Source: Candidatus Thorarchaeota archaeon
GTDB lineage: Archaea > Asgardarchaeota > Thorarchaeia > Thorarchaeales > Thorarchaeaceae
Assembly (NCBI GenBank): GCA_029855935.1
Contig: JAGSHN010000005.1
Coordinates: 64,001 to 128,000 of the forward strand
DNA length: 64,000 nt
Reading direction: 5' to 3'
Shown here: positions 47,700 to 57,312 of the stretch, piece by piece
Position numbering within the stretch: position 1 is the first letter of the stretch
How the letters are laid out: every line of letters starts with the position of its first letter
The notes under the pieces: generated by a model
What the model was told of the DNA's origin: nothing
The model's database searches: none
Seen by the model: the letters and a program-made list of their open reading frames with translations, nothing else
Translations under genes and position numbers: made by a program

Positions 47700-49019
47700 G
47701 TGGTCAAAGTGGTCGTCGACCTCTTATTAAGAAACGGGACAATCATAGGGAATCAAACCGAGACGCGGGCCTCAATCGCAGTGTCAGGTCAGAGAATTAA
47801 GGGTGTATACCGACCCGGAACGGAACCAGTGGCACGCCAAGTCGTAGACTGTAATGGACACTACATCCTTCCAGGAATGGTGGACATCCACGTCCACCTT
47901 AGGGACCTTGAGGAGTCGCAGAAGGAAGACTACGCCACAGGCACGATGGCTGCTGCTGCGGGAGGGGTGACCACTGTCGTGGACATGCCCAATTCGCGCC
48001 CTCCGGTGTTGGACTATGATATTCTGCGTTTGAAGATTGAGCGGGCAACGGAGCAACGTTTCGTCAATGTCGGATTCTATGCGGGGATACCTCGCGACGT
48101 GTCAGATGTTAGCCCCCGGATGAAACCGGACATATTGGGATTCAAGGTCTACCCGCATTCTCCACTCTCCGAGGGCGTTCGATACACCTCGACACGTGTC
48201 GCTGACTGCCTGTCCTTGGCCCGAGCGTGGGGACTTCCGCTCCTAGTTCACCCCAACCATAGCGAAACAAAGAGTGCCCCGGCAACCATCGAGGAGTTTT
48301 GGAGAGTCCACAGCTGCGAAACGGAGGTAGATGCTATCAGGAGATTCCTCAGCATTCGAGAGAGATTTGGGGGGCATCTCCATTTCTGCCACGTGAGCTG
48401 CGCGTCGGCTGCAGAGATACTGTCGCAGAGGGCAGGAAGACGTATCACAGCTGAGATCACACCCCACCATCTATTCCTGAACAGGGAGGACAGCCCCACG
48501 GATGGTTCCACAAAAGTGCTGCCGCCTCTGAGAACCGCACGCGACAACGAGGCGCTAATCAAGTTCTTGAAGAACAACAGGAATGTCTGTATCGCATCAG
48601 ACCACGCACCACACCGGATTGAAGAAAAGAAGAGGGAGTTCATCAGAGCAGCCTCTGGGTTCCCAGGGCTGGAAACTACTCTTCCAATGATCATTTCAGC
48701 GATACTCAGACATCGCTTGCCTTGGCAATCGTATCTCGAGGCTTGTTGCGCAGTTCCAGCCGAGATAGTAGGTCTGAGGTCCAAGGGCAAGCTGGCTGCG
48801 GGATATGATGCCGACATAGTTGTGGTCGCGCGAGAGAGATACAAAATCAGGGGGCAGAGATTCCGGTCAAGAGCCAAGATCACGCCGTTCGAAGGCCTTG
48901 AGGTCGAGGCACGGCCTGTGACCACAGTCGTGGGAGGTACTATCGTCTTTGATCACGGGGAGTTCACGGTTGACAAGGGTGAAATAGGAGTAGTGCCCCT
49001 AAGACGCCATATAGAATGA
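47700..49019 (+). CDS. pyrC: Dihydroorotase
   Basis: PGMVDIHVHLR, GGVTTVVDMPN, TPHHL, SDHAPH. Confidence 0.88.
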   Translation: MVKVVVDLLLRNGTIIGNQTETRASIAVSGQRIKGVYRPGTEPVARQVVDCNGHYILPGMVDIHVHLRDLEESQKEDYATGTMAAAAGGVTTVVDMPNSRPPVLDYDILRLKIERATEQRFVNVGFYAGIPRDVSDVSPRMKPDILGFKVYPHSPLSEGVRYTSTRVADCLSLARAWGLPLLVHPNHSETKSAPATIEEFWRVHSCETEVDAIRRFLSIRERFGGHLHFCHVSCASAAEILSQRAGRRITAEITPHHLFLNREDSPTDGSTKVLPPLRTARDNEALIKFLKNNRNVCIASDHAPHRIEEKKREFIRAASGFPGLETTLPMIISAILRHRLPWQSYLEACCAVPAEIVGLRSKGKLAAGYDADIVVVARERYKIRGQRFRSRAKITPFEGLEVEARPVTTVVGGTIVFDHGEFTVDKGEIGVVPLRRHIE

Positions 49020-49043
49020 CAGTGCCTTGATGGCCAGAGGGGA

Positions 49044-49685
49044 TTGGTACGCATGGATTATACCTACTCGGATGAAGACGGAGTGTTCTTGGTACGTCTA
49101 GCGCGAAGAGCTCTCGACGAGTACGTCAAACATAGAGTGAAGGTGGCGGTACCAGATGATGTCCCACCTCACCTGATGAAAAATTCGGGGGTCTTTGTCA
49201 CACTAAACACACTGGTTGATGATCACGTAATGCTCCGAGGGTGTATTGGGCGGCCATACCCCGTGCAGCCACTTGTAGTTGCCACAATCGATTCTGCTAT
49301 CGATGCGGCAGTGAATGACCCGCGGTTCCGTCCCGTGACCGCTGCAGAACTGGATGGGATTATTGTGGAGCTCAGCGTATTGACGCCGCCCACGAAGCTG
49401 GAGTATGATGACCCTCGGGACCTGCTCAATATTGTCAAGGTCGGGCGGGATGGTCTCATAGCATCACGCGGGATGTGGAGGGGTCTGTTACTCCCTCAGG
49501 TTCCGATTGAGTGGGGGTGGGATGTAAGAGAGTTCTTGGAGCACACGTGTATGAAGGCAGGTCTGCCTAAGGACGCATGGAAAGATCCAGACACAGAGTT
49601 CATGGCCTTTCAGGCAGAGATCTTTGGAGAGGTCACACCACGGGGCAAAATTGTCAGGAATCCGTCACATCCACGAGCCGGTTAG
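49044..49685 (+). CDS. AMMECR1-domain protein
   Basis: GVFVTL, LRGCIG, DPRF, GLLLPQV, KAGL. Confidence 0.92.
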   Translation: MVRMDYTYSDEDGVFLVRLARRALDEYVKHRVKVAVPDDVPPHLMKNSGVFVTLNTLVDDHVMLRGCIGRPYPVQPLVVATIDSAIDAAVNDPRFRPVTAAELDGIIVELSVLTPPTKLEYDDPRDLLNIVKVGRDGLIASRGMWRGLLLPQVPIEWGWDVREFLEHTCMKAGLPKDAWKDPDTEFMAFQAEIFGEVTPRGKIVRNPSHPRAG

Positions 49686-49700
49686 GGGGGTACAAGAGAT

Positions 49701-50555
49701 ATGCTACCACATCACGCCAGAGCCCTCCTGCGGACGTATCTTGAGGAGGACATCAGAAATGGTGATGTGACAACACGCTCGTTGCCACAGATTGCCGGAT
49801 CACAGGCCGTTGCCGTCATCTTGGCACAGTCCAAGTGTGTACTTGCGGGAGTTCAAGAGGCCCTAGAGATATCTAGTCTTGTGGGGGCGGAGGCAGAGGC
49901 TCTCGCCAAAGAGGGCGAGTGGGTCACTCCCGAACAGCCCGTTGTCAGGATAAGAGGTGATGCAGCCGTTCTATTGTCAATCGAAAGAGTCATACTCAAC
50001 ATAATGATGAGGATGAGCGGAATTGCGACAAAGACTCGTCGGATAGTTGAGAGAGCAAAAAAGGTGTATGCAACAATACGTGTAGCAGCCACACGAAAGA
50101 CGACACCAGGATTTAGGTTCTTCGAGAAACGTGCAGTGGAAGTGGGCGGGGGGGATCCGCACCGGTACGCACTCGATGACATGGTATTGATCAAGAACAA
50201 TCACATCTCAATAGTTGGAGGTGCTCGTCAGGCCGTACAGCTCGCCAAGAAACACGCTTCCTTCAGTAAGAAGATATCGTGTGAGGTGAGGAATGACGAG
50301 GAGGCCATAGAGGCGATACAGGAAGGAGCAGACATAATACTACTTGACAATTTTAGCCCCGATAGAATTGTCCGACTACTGGAGCGTCTTCAGGGTCTCA
50401 ATATCAGACAGAGTGTGGTCATAGAGGCCTCGGGGGGGATCGACGAGAACAACGTTGAGGCCTATGCTCAGACTGGCGTTGATGTCATATCGTGTGGCGC
50501 ACTCACTCATTCCTATGTTTCATCAGACTTCAACATGCGCATCGAGAATGAGTGA
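49701..50555 (+). CDS. nadC: Nicotinate-nucleotide pyrophosphorylase (carboxylating)
   Basis: TRKTTPG, HR, LIKNNH, LLDN, EASGGI. Confidence 0.95.
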   Translation: MLPHHARALLRTYLEEDIRNGDVTTRSLPQIAGSQAVAVILAQSKCVLAGVQEALEISSLVGAEAEALAKEGEWVTPEQPVVRIRGDAAVLLSIERVILNIMMRMSGIATKTRRIVERAKKVYATIRVAATRKTTPGFRFFEKRAVEVGGGDPHRYALDDMVLIKNNHISIVGGARQAVQLAKKHASFSKKISCEVRNDEEAIEAIQEGADIILLDNFSPDRIVRLLERLQGLNIRQSVVIEASGGIDENNVEAYAQTGVDVISCGALTHSYVSSDFNMRIENE

Positions 50556-50633
50556 TGGTGCCCCGGCCGGGATTTGAACCCGGGTCATAGGATCGAAAGT
50601 CCTAGATGCTGGGCCGGGCTACACTACCGGGGC
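50556..50633 (-). tRNA. tRNA-Glu (TTC), no intron, CCA encoded
   Basis: Reverse complement GCCCCGG...TAGGA-CTTTCGA-TCCTA...GGTTCAAATCC...CCGGGGC-ACCA. Confidence 0.95.
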
Positions 50634-50768
50634 GTTCTACTTGCAAGGATTCGCTAGGAGAAGACTGGTGAAACCGATGTCCGTGGCTGGCCCCCAAGAT
50701 GGGACCTGACCTAGCGACAATCGGTGATGGCTCCACAGCTGGGTGTTATTAACGTTATGTAGCAGGAG

Positions 50769-51179
50769 TTACTGGCGAGAGGGCAGAAGAATCTGATCCT
50801 CGGCTGTGTCGGACAACGAATCACAGGAGGTCGCATCTATGGAGTGCGACGTACTGTGGCCACAGCCAGCTGCACCACTATTGTTGTCACCACGCTCAGA
50901 TGACATGTTCGCGTCAGGGCAACCAGCGGTCAAACCAAGTGCGGCCTGAAGCAGAAATGTCCTCAAATCAGAGACATCAGGCAGACCTCTCAGTACCTGT
51001 TCACGGAAGATCAGTGTCGGAAGAACTCGTACTCCAAACACTGTTGCGAAGAGGCGCTCACGGTCGATATCTATCTCGCAGAGATTGGGCCGTATTCCCA
51101 GGACTGATGACTCCTCAAGAATCATGTCGCGCACCGTCCGACACCAGATGCAATGTTTCGACGTGAAGAGGAGTATCAA
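50769..51179 (-). CDS. Thioredoxin/glutaredoxin-like protein
   Basis: FTSKHCIWC (CxxC), cis-Pro motif VLPTL, low-complexity tail. Confidence 0.75.
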   Translation of the reverse strand: MILLFTSKHCIWCRTVRDMILEESSVLGIRPNLCEIDIDRERLFATVFGVRVLPTLIFREQVLRGLPDVSDLRTFLLQAALGLTAGCPDANMSSERGDNNSGAAGCGHSTSHSIDATSCDSLSDTAEDQILLPSRQ

Positions 51180-51370
51180 GTTCTTGCGCTCCGAGACCTT
51201 GTTCAGTAGTCATCACTGGTGCCATAATTTAAGCGCCAATGGAAACGTGGTTCAAACCGAATGTGACGGTTCGTTGACCTGCTATCATCACCGCTGGCGC
51301 GAGCCGGGTGACGAGATGCTGGCGGTGCTTCGCAAGGTTAATATCGCGGACCAGAGTGACTAACTGTCAA

Positions 51371-51475
51371 GGGCCCGTAGCTCAGCTTGGTGGAGCGGCA
51401 GGCTCATAACCTGTATGTCTGGCGGATAGTCGGACAGGGGAACGGTCAGGGGTTCAAATCCCCTCGGGCCCACCA
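51371..51475 (+). tRNA. tRNA with CAT anticodon (probably Ile2, GGGCCC acceptor), 28-nt intron at 43/44 (51415-51442)
   Basis: Cloverleaf GGGCCCG...GCAGG-CTCATAA-CCTGT, intron, CGGTC-AGGGG-TTCAAAT-CCCCT-CGGGCCC-ACCA; intron stem TGTCTGGC/GTCGGACA with BHB-like bulges. Confidence 0.9.
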
Positions 51476-51548
51476 TAGTTCTACACAAGCTACATGCCGA
51501 GAGGGTAGCGGTGTATTTTTACGACAGGAGGGAGCCCTCACACAGATT

Positions 51549-52298
51549 ATGAGTAGTATAATTGTGGGTTTCACGGCGAGCCTACTTGCGGGTGCGGCCA
51601 CCGGGTTGGGCGCGATTCCAGTGCTCTTTGGGCGCTCATTCTCACGTCGTACGCTGGATCTCATGTTGGGGTTTGCAGCTGGTGTGATGCTCGCAGCATC
51701 TGCATTCAGTCTTCTTGTGCCAGCACTGGAACATATCTATGGCGGGGTCATCGTTGTGAGCGCAGGTTTCATACTCGGAGGCGCTACGGTTCATCTTGTG
51801 GACAAGTACGTACCTCACGAACATCTGATGAAGGGGCCAGAGGGGCCAGCGAGTTCAATGCCACGAACCTGGCTCCTCGTGATTGCGATAACAATCCATA
51901 ACTTTCCAGAGGGGCTTGCAGTCGGCGTCGCCTTTGGTGCCGAGAGTATTGGAACTGGAATTACCATAGCCACCGCGATTGGCCTACAGAACATCCCAGA
52001 GGGGCTCGCTGTTGCTGCTCCCCTTGTCAGGAACGGGTACAGCAGATTGAGGGCGGGAGGAATAGCACTGCTTACGGGTCTCGTGGAGCCACTCGGAGGG
52101 GCAGTGGGAGTGATAGTCGTGACCCTCTCTCAAGTACTATTGCCTTGGGGCCTGGCATTTGCGGCAGGAGCTATGATCTTCGTGGTGAGCGACGAGATGA
52201 TACCAGAGAGTCATAGTGGAGGGTTTGAACGGTACGCCACACTAGGACTGATGGTTGGCTTTGTGATAATGATGGTTCTGGACAACTTCTTCGGCTAG
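51549..52298 (+). CDS. ZIP-family metal transporter (ZupT/GufA-like)
   Basis: GFAAGVML, HNFPEG, QNIPEG, EMIPE; start ATG 51549 because the longer ORF overlaps the tRNA. Confidence 0.92.
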   Translation: MSSIIVGFTASLLAGAATGLGAIPVLFGRSFSRRTLDLMLGFAAGVMLAASAFSLLVPALEHIYGGVIVVSAGFILGGATVHLVDKYVPHEHLMKGPEGPASSMPRTWLLVIAITIHNFPEGLAVGVAFGAESIGTGITIATAIGLQNIPEGLAVAAPLVRNGYSRLRAGGIALLTGLVEPLGGAVGVIVVTLSQVLLPWGLAFAAGAMIFVVSDEMIPESHSGGFERYATLGLMVGFVIMMVLDNFFG

Positions 52299-52387
52299 TC
52301 GCTGTTAGAAACGGCTGGGAGAGGCGTTTTTTATAGCGTCTCGACAGCAAGCTTAATATTGACAGCAATTGGGAAAATCGATTAGGT

Positions 52388-52522
52388 GCCGCCGTGGCTC
52401 AGTCGGTAGAGCGACAGCCTGTTAAGTTGTAGTGCAATGCAGTCCGCGTTGCACGACGACTGGTCGGAGGTTCGAGATGCACAGTGATGCCATTGTGCAC
52501 GGGAACCCTCCCGGCGGCGCCA
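52388..52522 (+). tRNA. tRNA-Asn (GTT) with two introns: 43/44 (52431-52460) and 59/60 (52477-52505)
   Basis: GCCGCCG/CGGCGGC acceptor, ACAGC-CTGTTAA-GTTGT anticodon arm, GGAGG/CCTCC T-stem, GCCA end; both inserts form 9-bp stems with BHB geometry. Confidence 0.92.
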
Positions 52523-52660
52523 CTCTTCGATTCTCATTCTTTCCCGTCCTCGTAGAGACCATCCACTGATATCCTACGGCCCATGTGATGTATACACAAT
52601 GAAAACGAGTAAATACAGGTGAGGTGACGAGGCCGAAGACAAGACAGGACGGCGACTCCG

Positions 52661-53281
52661 ATGACCAAGGACGACCATAAAGACACTACAATGACCGTGT
52701 GGTGCCCATTGATTGCACCGGAGTACCGTGACAAGCTGCGAGGATACCTTGACGAGCTGCCCCGCGTGAACACAGCCTATGAGGACTGGCTGTCATCAAT
52801 CAGAGGAAAGCCGGTCGTTGGCGTTGACATAGGAGTGATCCTTGATCGAATCAGGATGCTGATGATCAATATCGGTATTGCCTTTGCACAGAACAGGGCG
52901 CTTGCCGAGGCGGTTCAATCCGTGGTATCGGAACAACTTCGGACCTCGGCCTTGAAGCTGGCCGAGAGATTACCAGATGGGTCCCAACTGGAGCATCTCG
53001 CAAGAGCCATAGTAGAGGAGTTCTTCAACGAGATAAAGTTCACACGAGACGTCGTTCCAGAAGAAGAGATAGAGAGTGTAGCGAGGAAAATCATCGAGGG
53101 GATAAGTCAGGACAGAGGACAGGATAGGAGCGGATTTCTGAAGAGGGCTCTATCACGCGGGGCAAGAGAGGATCCACCGGATTTGAACTCAGTCATCGAA
53201 AGAGCATTGCAGAATAGTACAAGCATTGTGAAGAAGCTCTACGTGCGGCTTCTCACACCCAATCCGTGGGCCGACCTATGA
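52661..53281 (+). CDS. Hypothetical protein
   Basis: 206-aa helical ORF filling the gap; no recognisable motif. Confidence 0.65.
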   Translation: MTKDDHKDTTMTVWCPLIAPEYRDKLRGYLDELPRVNTAYEDWLSSIRGKPVVGVDIGVILDRIRMLMINIGIAFAQNRALAEAVQSVVSEQLRTSALKLAERLPDGSQLEHLARAIVEEFFNEIKFTRDVVPEEEIESVARKIIEGISQDRGQDRSGFLKRALSRGAREDPPDLNSVIERALQNSTSIVKKLYVRLLTPNPWADL

Positions 53282-53383
53282 AGTCATCAGAGAGGTATTG
53301 GGGCACATCGGGAGGGCTCAGTCACGTTTTTAGGACGACTATGGAATCGAGATGACTGAGATAAACCGAAGGGGATTCTGATA

Positions 53384-55606
53384 GTGAGTATAACAAAGCT
53401 CTCGGACATTCCTGGCGTGGGCGAGAAGGTGCGAAAGGCATTGATTGAACACTTTGGGAGTGAGAACGTTGCACTCAAGGTGATATTGGACTCGCGAGTA
53501 GACCTTGTTGCTGCGGTTCCAGGACTGGGGAGCAGACAGGCAATCAACATCGTGAAAGGCGCCTTTGAGGTGCAATTTGGCGCCAGTTCCAACATGCTGT
53601 TACGAAGCACGGATGCCCGTAAGATATTCGAGATGACATTGGAAATCATAAGAGGTTACGCCAACACCAGCTATGCGCGAGACAAGCTTGTGTTATATTT
53701 CCCACTCCCCCCGGATAAGATGGACGTGATAATGGAGCGTCAGAAGTATTTTGCTGATGCCGCCGAGATGGCGCGAAATCTATCGACAGAACAACGAGAA
53801 ACCCTCAGAAAGGAGCTCTCTCAGGTACGTGGTCTGTTTCGTCGGGTCCCCCCAAGACGCATAGAGGGACGAGTCGTCCTCACGAATGATGACAAGGTCT
53901 TCGACAAACTCGTTCAGGCGGGAGTGGATCGGTGGTGTCCGGTATATATCCTGTCTGAGGGAGAGAACGCGATAGACTATGCACAGGGCTTTGACCTTGT
54001 CATATTCATCTCACCTCTGGGTCTGTATGATGAATCGCTTGATCACTTTGACAATGTTGAGATATTGGGAAAAGAGTGGTCCATCGATGACATACTCCCC
54101 GAGAAGACCATCGGGTTCTACGCACGGAACTACCGTGTCATTGACGCAGCGTGCAGGCTCACTGAAGTGTTCCAATCACTCCCAGTCAACGTGTCGGTAG
54201 AGGCCTTCAAGAGGGCAATCGACTTTGAGAGAATACAGCGGGTCGGTGAGCTACTTGCACAACTGGACGAGTCCGGAAATATAGCAGTAGGTGTAGACGA
54301 GGAGATAGACCGGTATCGGAATGCCGTCAAGATATTCCCCACTGCAATTGCTGAGGTCGAGGCCTGGGCAAATGATGAGATAACGAGCCGTATTGCCAAG
54401 AGTGAAGTCACGCTTGGCGGACAGCAGATAATCAGCATTCTCCAGTCTGCAGAGGCTGACGCGGGAGATGCAGATGCTCTCCGCAACATGCTCCCGGCCG
54501 AGATAATCGAAACATTCTCTACAACCATTCGAGAGGCGGAGGACAAGCTGGTCCAGATGTTGGGTCTCACAGTGCGTGAGGCAGACTGGGTAACAGGCAT
54601 AATCAGTGAGGACATCGCCCTGCCTGTCAAGATGCTGCCGGCCCAGATAAACGCGCTCGAAGACCGTCTACGTCGACTCTATGCCGAACGACAATTTCGG
54701 CTGATGAAGAAAGTAGCCAGAGAGTTGGACCAGCTAAGGGAGGCAGTGGTAGAGGCTGTACAGACTCTTCTGGAATTTGATCTGTTCCTCGCGGTGGGCC
54801 TGTTTGCCGCGGACTACGATCTCCACACGCCCGAGATCTCGATGGACTTCAGGGGTGTTGGTATCGTTGGAGCTCGGAATCTCTTTCTAGTGAACAGCTG
54901 GTTGAAGGGAAAGCACGGTGAGGTGCAACCGATTGACTACGTGATAGGGGACACCCCGTTCAGACCGAAGGGCACTAGTGGCGAGAACTGTGCCATCCTA
55001 TCTGGGGCCAATAGTGGAGGCAAGACGACAACAATACAGACAATCGCACAGATAGTGATGCTCGCCCAGGCCGGGTTTCCAGTGCCAGCCGAGAGAGCAT
55101 ATCTCCGCGTATTCGAAGAGATATACTTCTTCTACAAGAGCAGAGGCATGGTCAGTGCCGGGGCCTTTGAAACGACACTAAAACAGTTCGCGGACATCGC
55201 TGTATCCGAGAAATCAAAGCTCGCCCTCTTCGATGAGATTGAGGCAATAACCGAGCCGGGAAGCGCAGCAAACGTCATTGCAGGCCTGCTCGAGATACTG
55301 CAGAAGGACGAGAAGAACATGACTGTCATCTGCAGCCATCTCGCAAGGGAGATCAAACAGGCGACAGACGCGCCTGTCAGAATTGATGGAATCGAGGCAA
55401 AGGGGCTGAATGAGAGGTTGGAGCTAATAGTGGACAGGACACCGCGCTTTGGGCATCTGGCACGAAGCACCCCGGAACTCATCGTCGAGAGGCTGTCAAA
55501 ACTGACAAAGGGGCCCAAACGAGAAGTCTATCTGCGAATACTTGAGAACCTCACGCGACTCAGAGAAGACGAGGAACGTCTGCAGCAGAAGGGGGTTACA
55601 GACTGA
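53384..55606 (+). CDS. Archaeal MutS-family ATPase with N-terminal HhH, no Smr domain
   Basis: HhH motifs IPGVG and VPGLG; GANSGGKT, AQAGFPVPA, GAFE, FDEIE, CSH. Confidence 0.88.
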   Translation: MSITKLSDIPGVGEKVRKALIEHFGSENVALKVILDSRVDLVAAVPGLGSRQAINIVKGAFEVQFGASSNMLLRSTDARKIFEMTLEIIRGYANTSYARDKLVLYFPLPPDKMDVIMERQKYFADAAEMARNLSTEQRETLRKELSQVRGLFRRVPPRRIEGRVVLTNDDKVFDKLVQAGVDRWCPVYILSEGENAIDYAQGFDLVIFISPLGLYDESLDHFDNVEILGKEWSIDDILPEKTIGFYARNYRVIDAACRLTEVFQSLPVNVSVEAFKRAIDFERIQRVGELLAQLDESGNIAVGVDEEIDRYRNAVKIFPTAIAEVEAWANDEITSRIAKSEVTLGGQQIISILQSAEADAGDADALRNMLPAEIIETFSTTIREAEDKLVQMLGLTVREADWVTGIISEDIALPVKMLPAQINALEDRLRRLYAERQFRLMKKVARELDQLREAVVEAVQTLLEFDLFLAVGLFAADYDLHTPEISMDFRGVGIVGARNLFLVNSWLKGKHGEVQPIDYVIGDTPFRPKGTSGENCAILSGANSGGKTTTIQTIAQIVMLAQAGFPVPAERAYLRVFEEIYFFYKSRGMVSAGAFETTLKQFADIAVSEKSKLALFDEIEAITEPGSAANVIAGLLEILQKDEKNMTVICSHLAREIKQATDAPVRIDGIEAKGLNERLELIVDRTPRFGHLARSTPELIVERLSKLTKGPKREVYLRILENLTRLREDEERLQQKGVTD

Positions 55607-56187
55607 TGAACAGGGTGTTGATCTTCGGGGATCTCCACGTTCCGACCAGAGCTGACTCAATACCTGAGGCCTTCTGGGACCACATAAGCTCTCAGCAATA
55701 CGACTTTGCATTGGTGACTGGCGACTTGATAACTGAGGACGACATGCGTAGGGTCATGCCGCCTTTGCCAAGATGCTACATAGTGAGAGGCAACATGGAC
55801 AGAGAGGCCAAGCATCCAATCCATCACAAGGTCAAGGTGGGAAAGGCGAAAGTCTTCCTTATGCACGGAACCCACCTTGTTCCTCGGGGTAATCTGGAAC
55901 AGTTCTTTGACCTCTTGGTCGAACAGAAAGCAGACATAGGCGTCTACGGTCACACACATCAACCTCAGATTGAGTATGCCCACAATCGGTTGTTTCTCAA
56001 CCCAGGGACTATAACAGGTGCCACAGGCGGATGGGGCGGCAGACAGGATGCCACATTTCTGGAGTTAGAAGTCGATGGCGACAAAATCACTGCACGCCTG
56101 ATAAGGACGGACTGGAAGAAAATCGAACATATTCCTCTGACCTACAGGATGACGGAGTTGGGTATCGAGCGGGCAACATTCTACTAG
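55606..56187 (+). CDS. Vps29/YfcE-family metallophosphoesterase
   Basis: GDLHVP, TGD, RGNMD, HG, GHTH, NPGTITG; TGATG overlap with the MutS-like gene. Confidence 0.88.
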   Translation: MNRVLIFGDLHVPTRADSIPEAFWDHISSQQYDFALVTGDLITEDDMRRVMPPLPRCYIVRGNMDREAKHPIHHKVKVGKAKVFLMHGTHLVPRGNLEQFFDLLVEQKADIGVYGHTHQPQIEYAHNRLFLNPGTITGATGGWGGRQDATFLELEVDGDKITARLIRTDWKKIEHIPLTYRMTELGIERATFY

Positions 56188-56203
56188 AACACGCGACCTG
56201 CCC

Positions 56204-57199
56204 TCAATATCCCCGACGGATATCAACAATATTCAGAGGAGTCTGACCACGTAGAAAACGCAGCACATTCTCAGCAGCGAAGCGAATCTGGTGTTTGCGG
56301 GTCGCCTGCGAGTAACCAGCCCGATGAGGCGTCATGATCACATTGTCCAACTCGTGAAAGGGGTATCTTGACGGAGGAGAGTTCTTACCGCCCCATTGGG
56401 AGGGGTATCGCCACCATACGTCGAGCGCGGCACCGGCAATTCGGCCTGTGGATAGGGCCTCGTATAGGGCACGCTCATCAACAACCTCCCCACGTGATAC
56501 ATTGACCAAGATTGCGGAGGACTTCATCCACGAGAGGAACTTTCCATCGACCATGCCTCTTGTTTCGGGGGTCAATGGTACTGTCAGTATCACAAAGTCC
56601 GCCTGACGCACAAGAGGCTCAATTTCGGTGAATGGCACGACCTCTGAAGCAAGGTCTTGAGCACTCACCTTTCCACTACGAGTTGCGGCGACCACTTCCA
56701 CCTCCAGCGCCCGGAGCCGTTGCGCCACGGCAGACCCAATCTGACCCAGACCGACCAAGAGACATCTGGACCCACGAATCTCTCTGTTTGGGGACAGACC
56801 TGCGTAGGTGTACCTCCAGTCCCCGGCGCGCAGATAGCGGTCACTGGGAACGATGTTCTTTGCTGCAGCAAGCAGGAGCGCTATAGCGAACTCGGCCACC
56901 TCTTCGGCATTGACATGTGAATTACACACCGTGATGTCACCGCGTGCAAGAACAGCCTCACGATCAATTTTGTCGACGCCAGCTCCAACTGCCTGTATCA
57001 TCTTCAAGGACTTTGCATGAAGGATGTACTCGCCAGGCACTCTGCCCGAGATGACAGCGACAGCGTCACCTCCGTGCAGAAGCATGTCCTTAGGGTCGCG
57101 TGTACTCGTCACCACCTCAGCAGCCCCATCAAGAATGGCGCGTATCTCTTCAACCACCTCAGAGGTGTAGGGTACGAGAACTCGCGGCAGTCTGGACAT
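56204..57199 (-). CDS. D-isomer-specific 2-hydroxyacid dehydrogenase
   Basis: GAGVD, GLGQIG, PLTPETRG, NVSRG, TPHRAG; start MSRLPR at 57199. Confidence 0.92.
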   Translation of the reverse strand: MSRLPRVLVPYTSEVVEEIRAILDGAAEVVTSTRDPKDMLLHGGDAVAVISGRVPGEYILHAKSLKMIQAVGAGVDKIDREAVLARGDITVCNSHVNAEEVAEFAIALLLAAAKNIVPSDRYLRAGDWRYTYAGLSPNREIRGSRCLLVGLGQIGSAVAQRLRALEVEVVAATRSGKVSAQDLASEVVPFTEIEPLVRQADFVILTVPLTPETRGMVDGKFLSWMKSSAILVNVSRGEVVDERALYEALSTGRIAGAALDVWWRYPSQWGGKNSPPSRYPFHELDNVIMTPHRAGYSQATRKHQIRFAAENVLRFLRGQTPLNIVDIRRGY

Positions 57200-57312
57200 G
57201 AAGATTTGCACCTCATAGATAGTGCGGCCGAGTGTGTGCACGATGTCTTATGCTCAAGAAAGAGGTTGTGGTCGGAGCGACGTATGAAACGCCACTCCTC
57301 CCGCTGGTGGAA

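Noticed and set aside
51387-51548. N-terminal extension of the ZIP transporter ORF
   Set aside because: It reads through the tRNA(CAT) gene; the real start is ATG 51549
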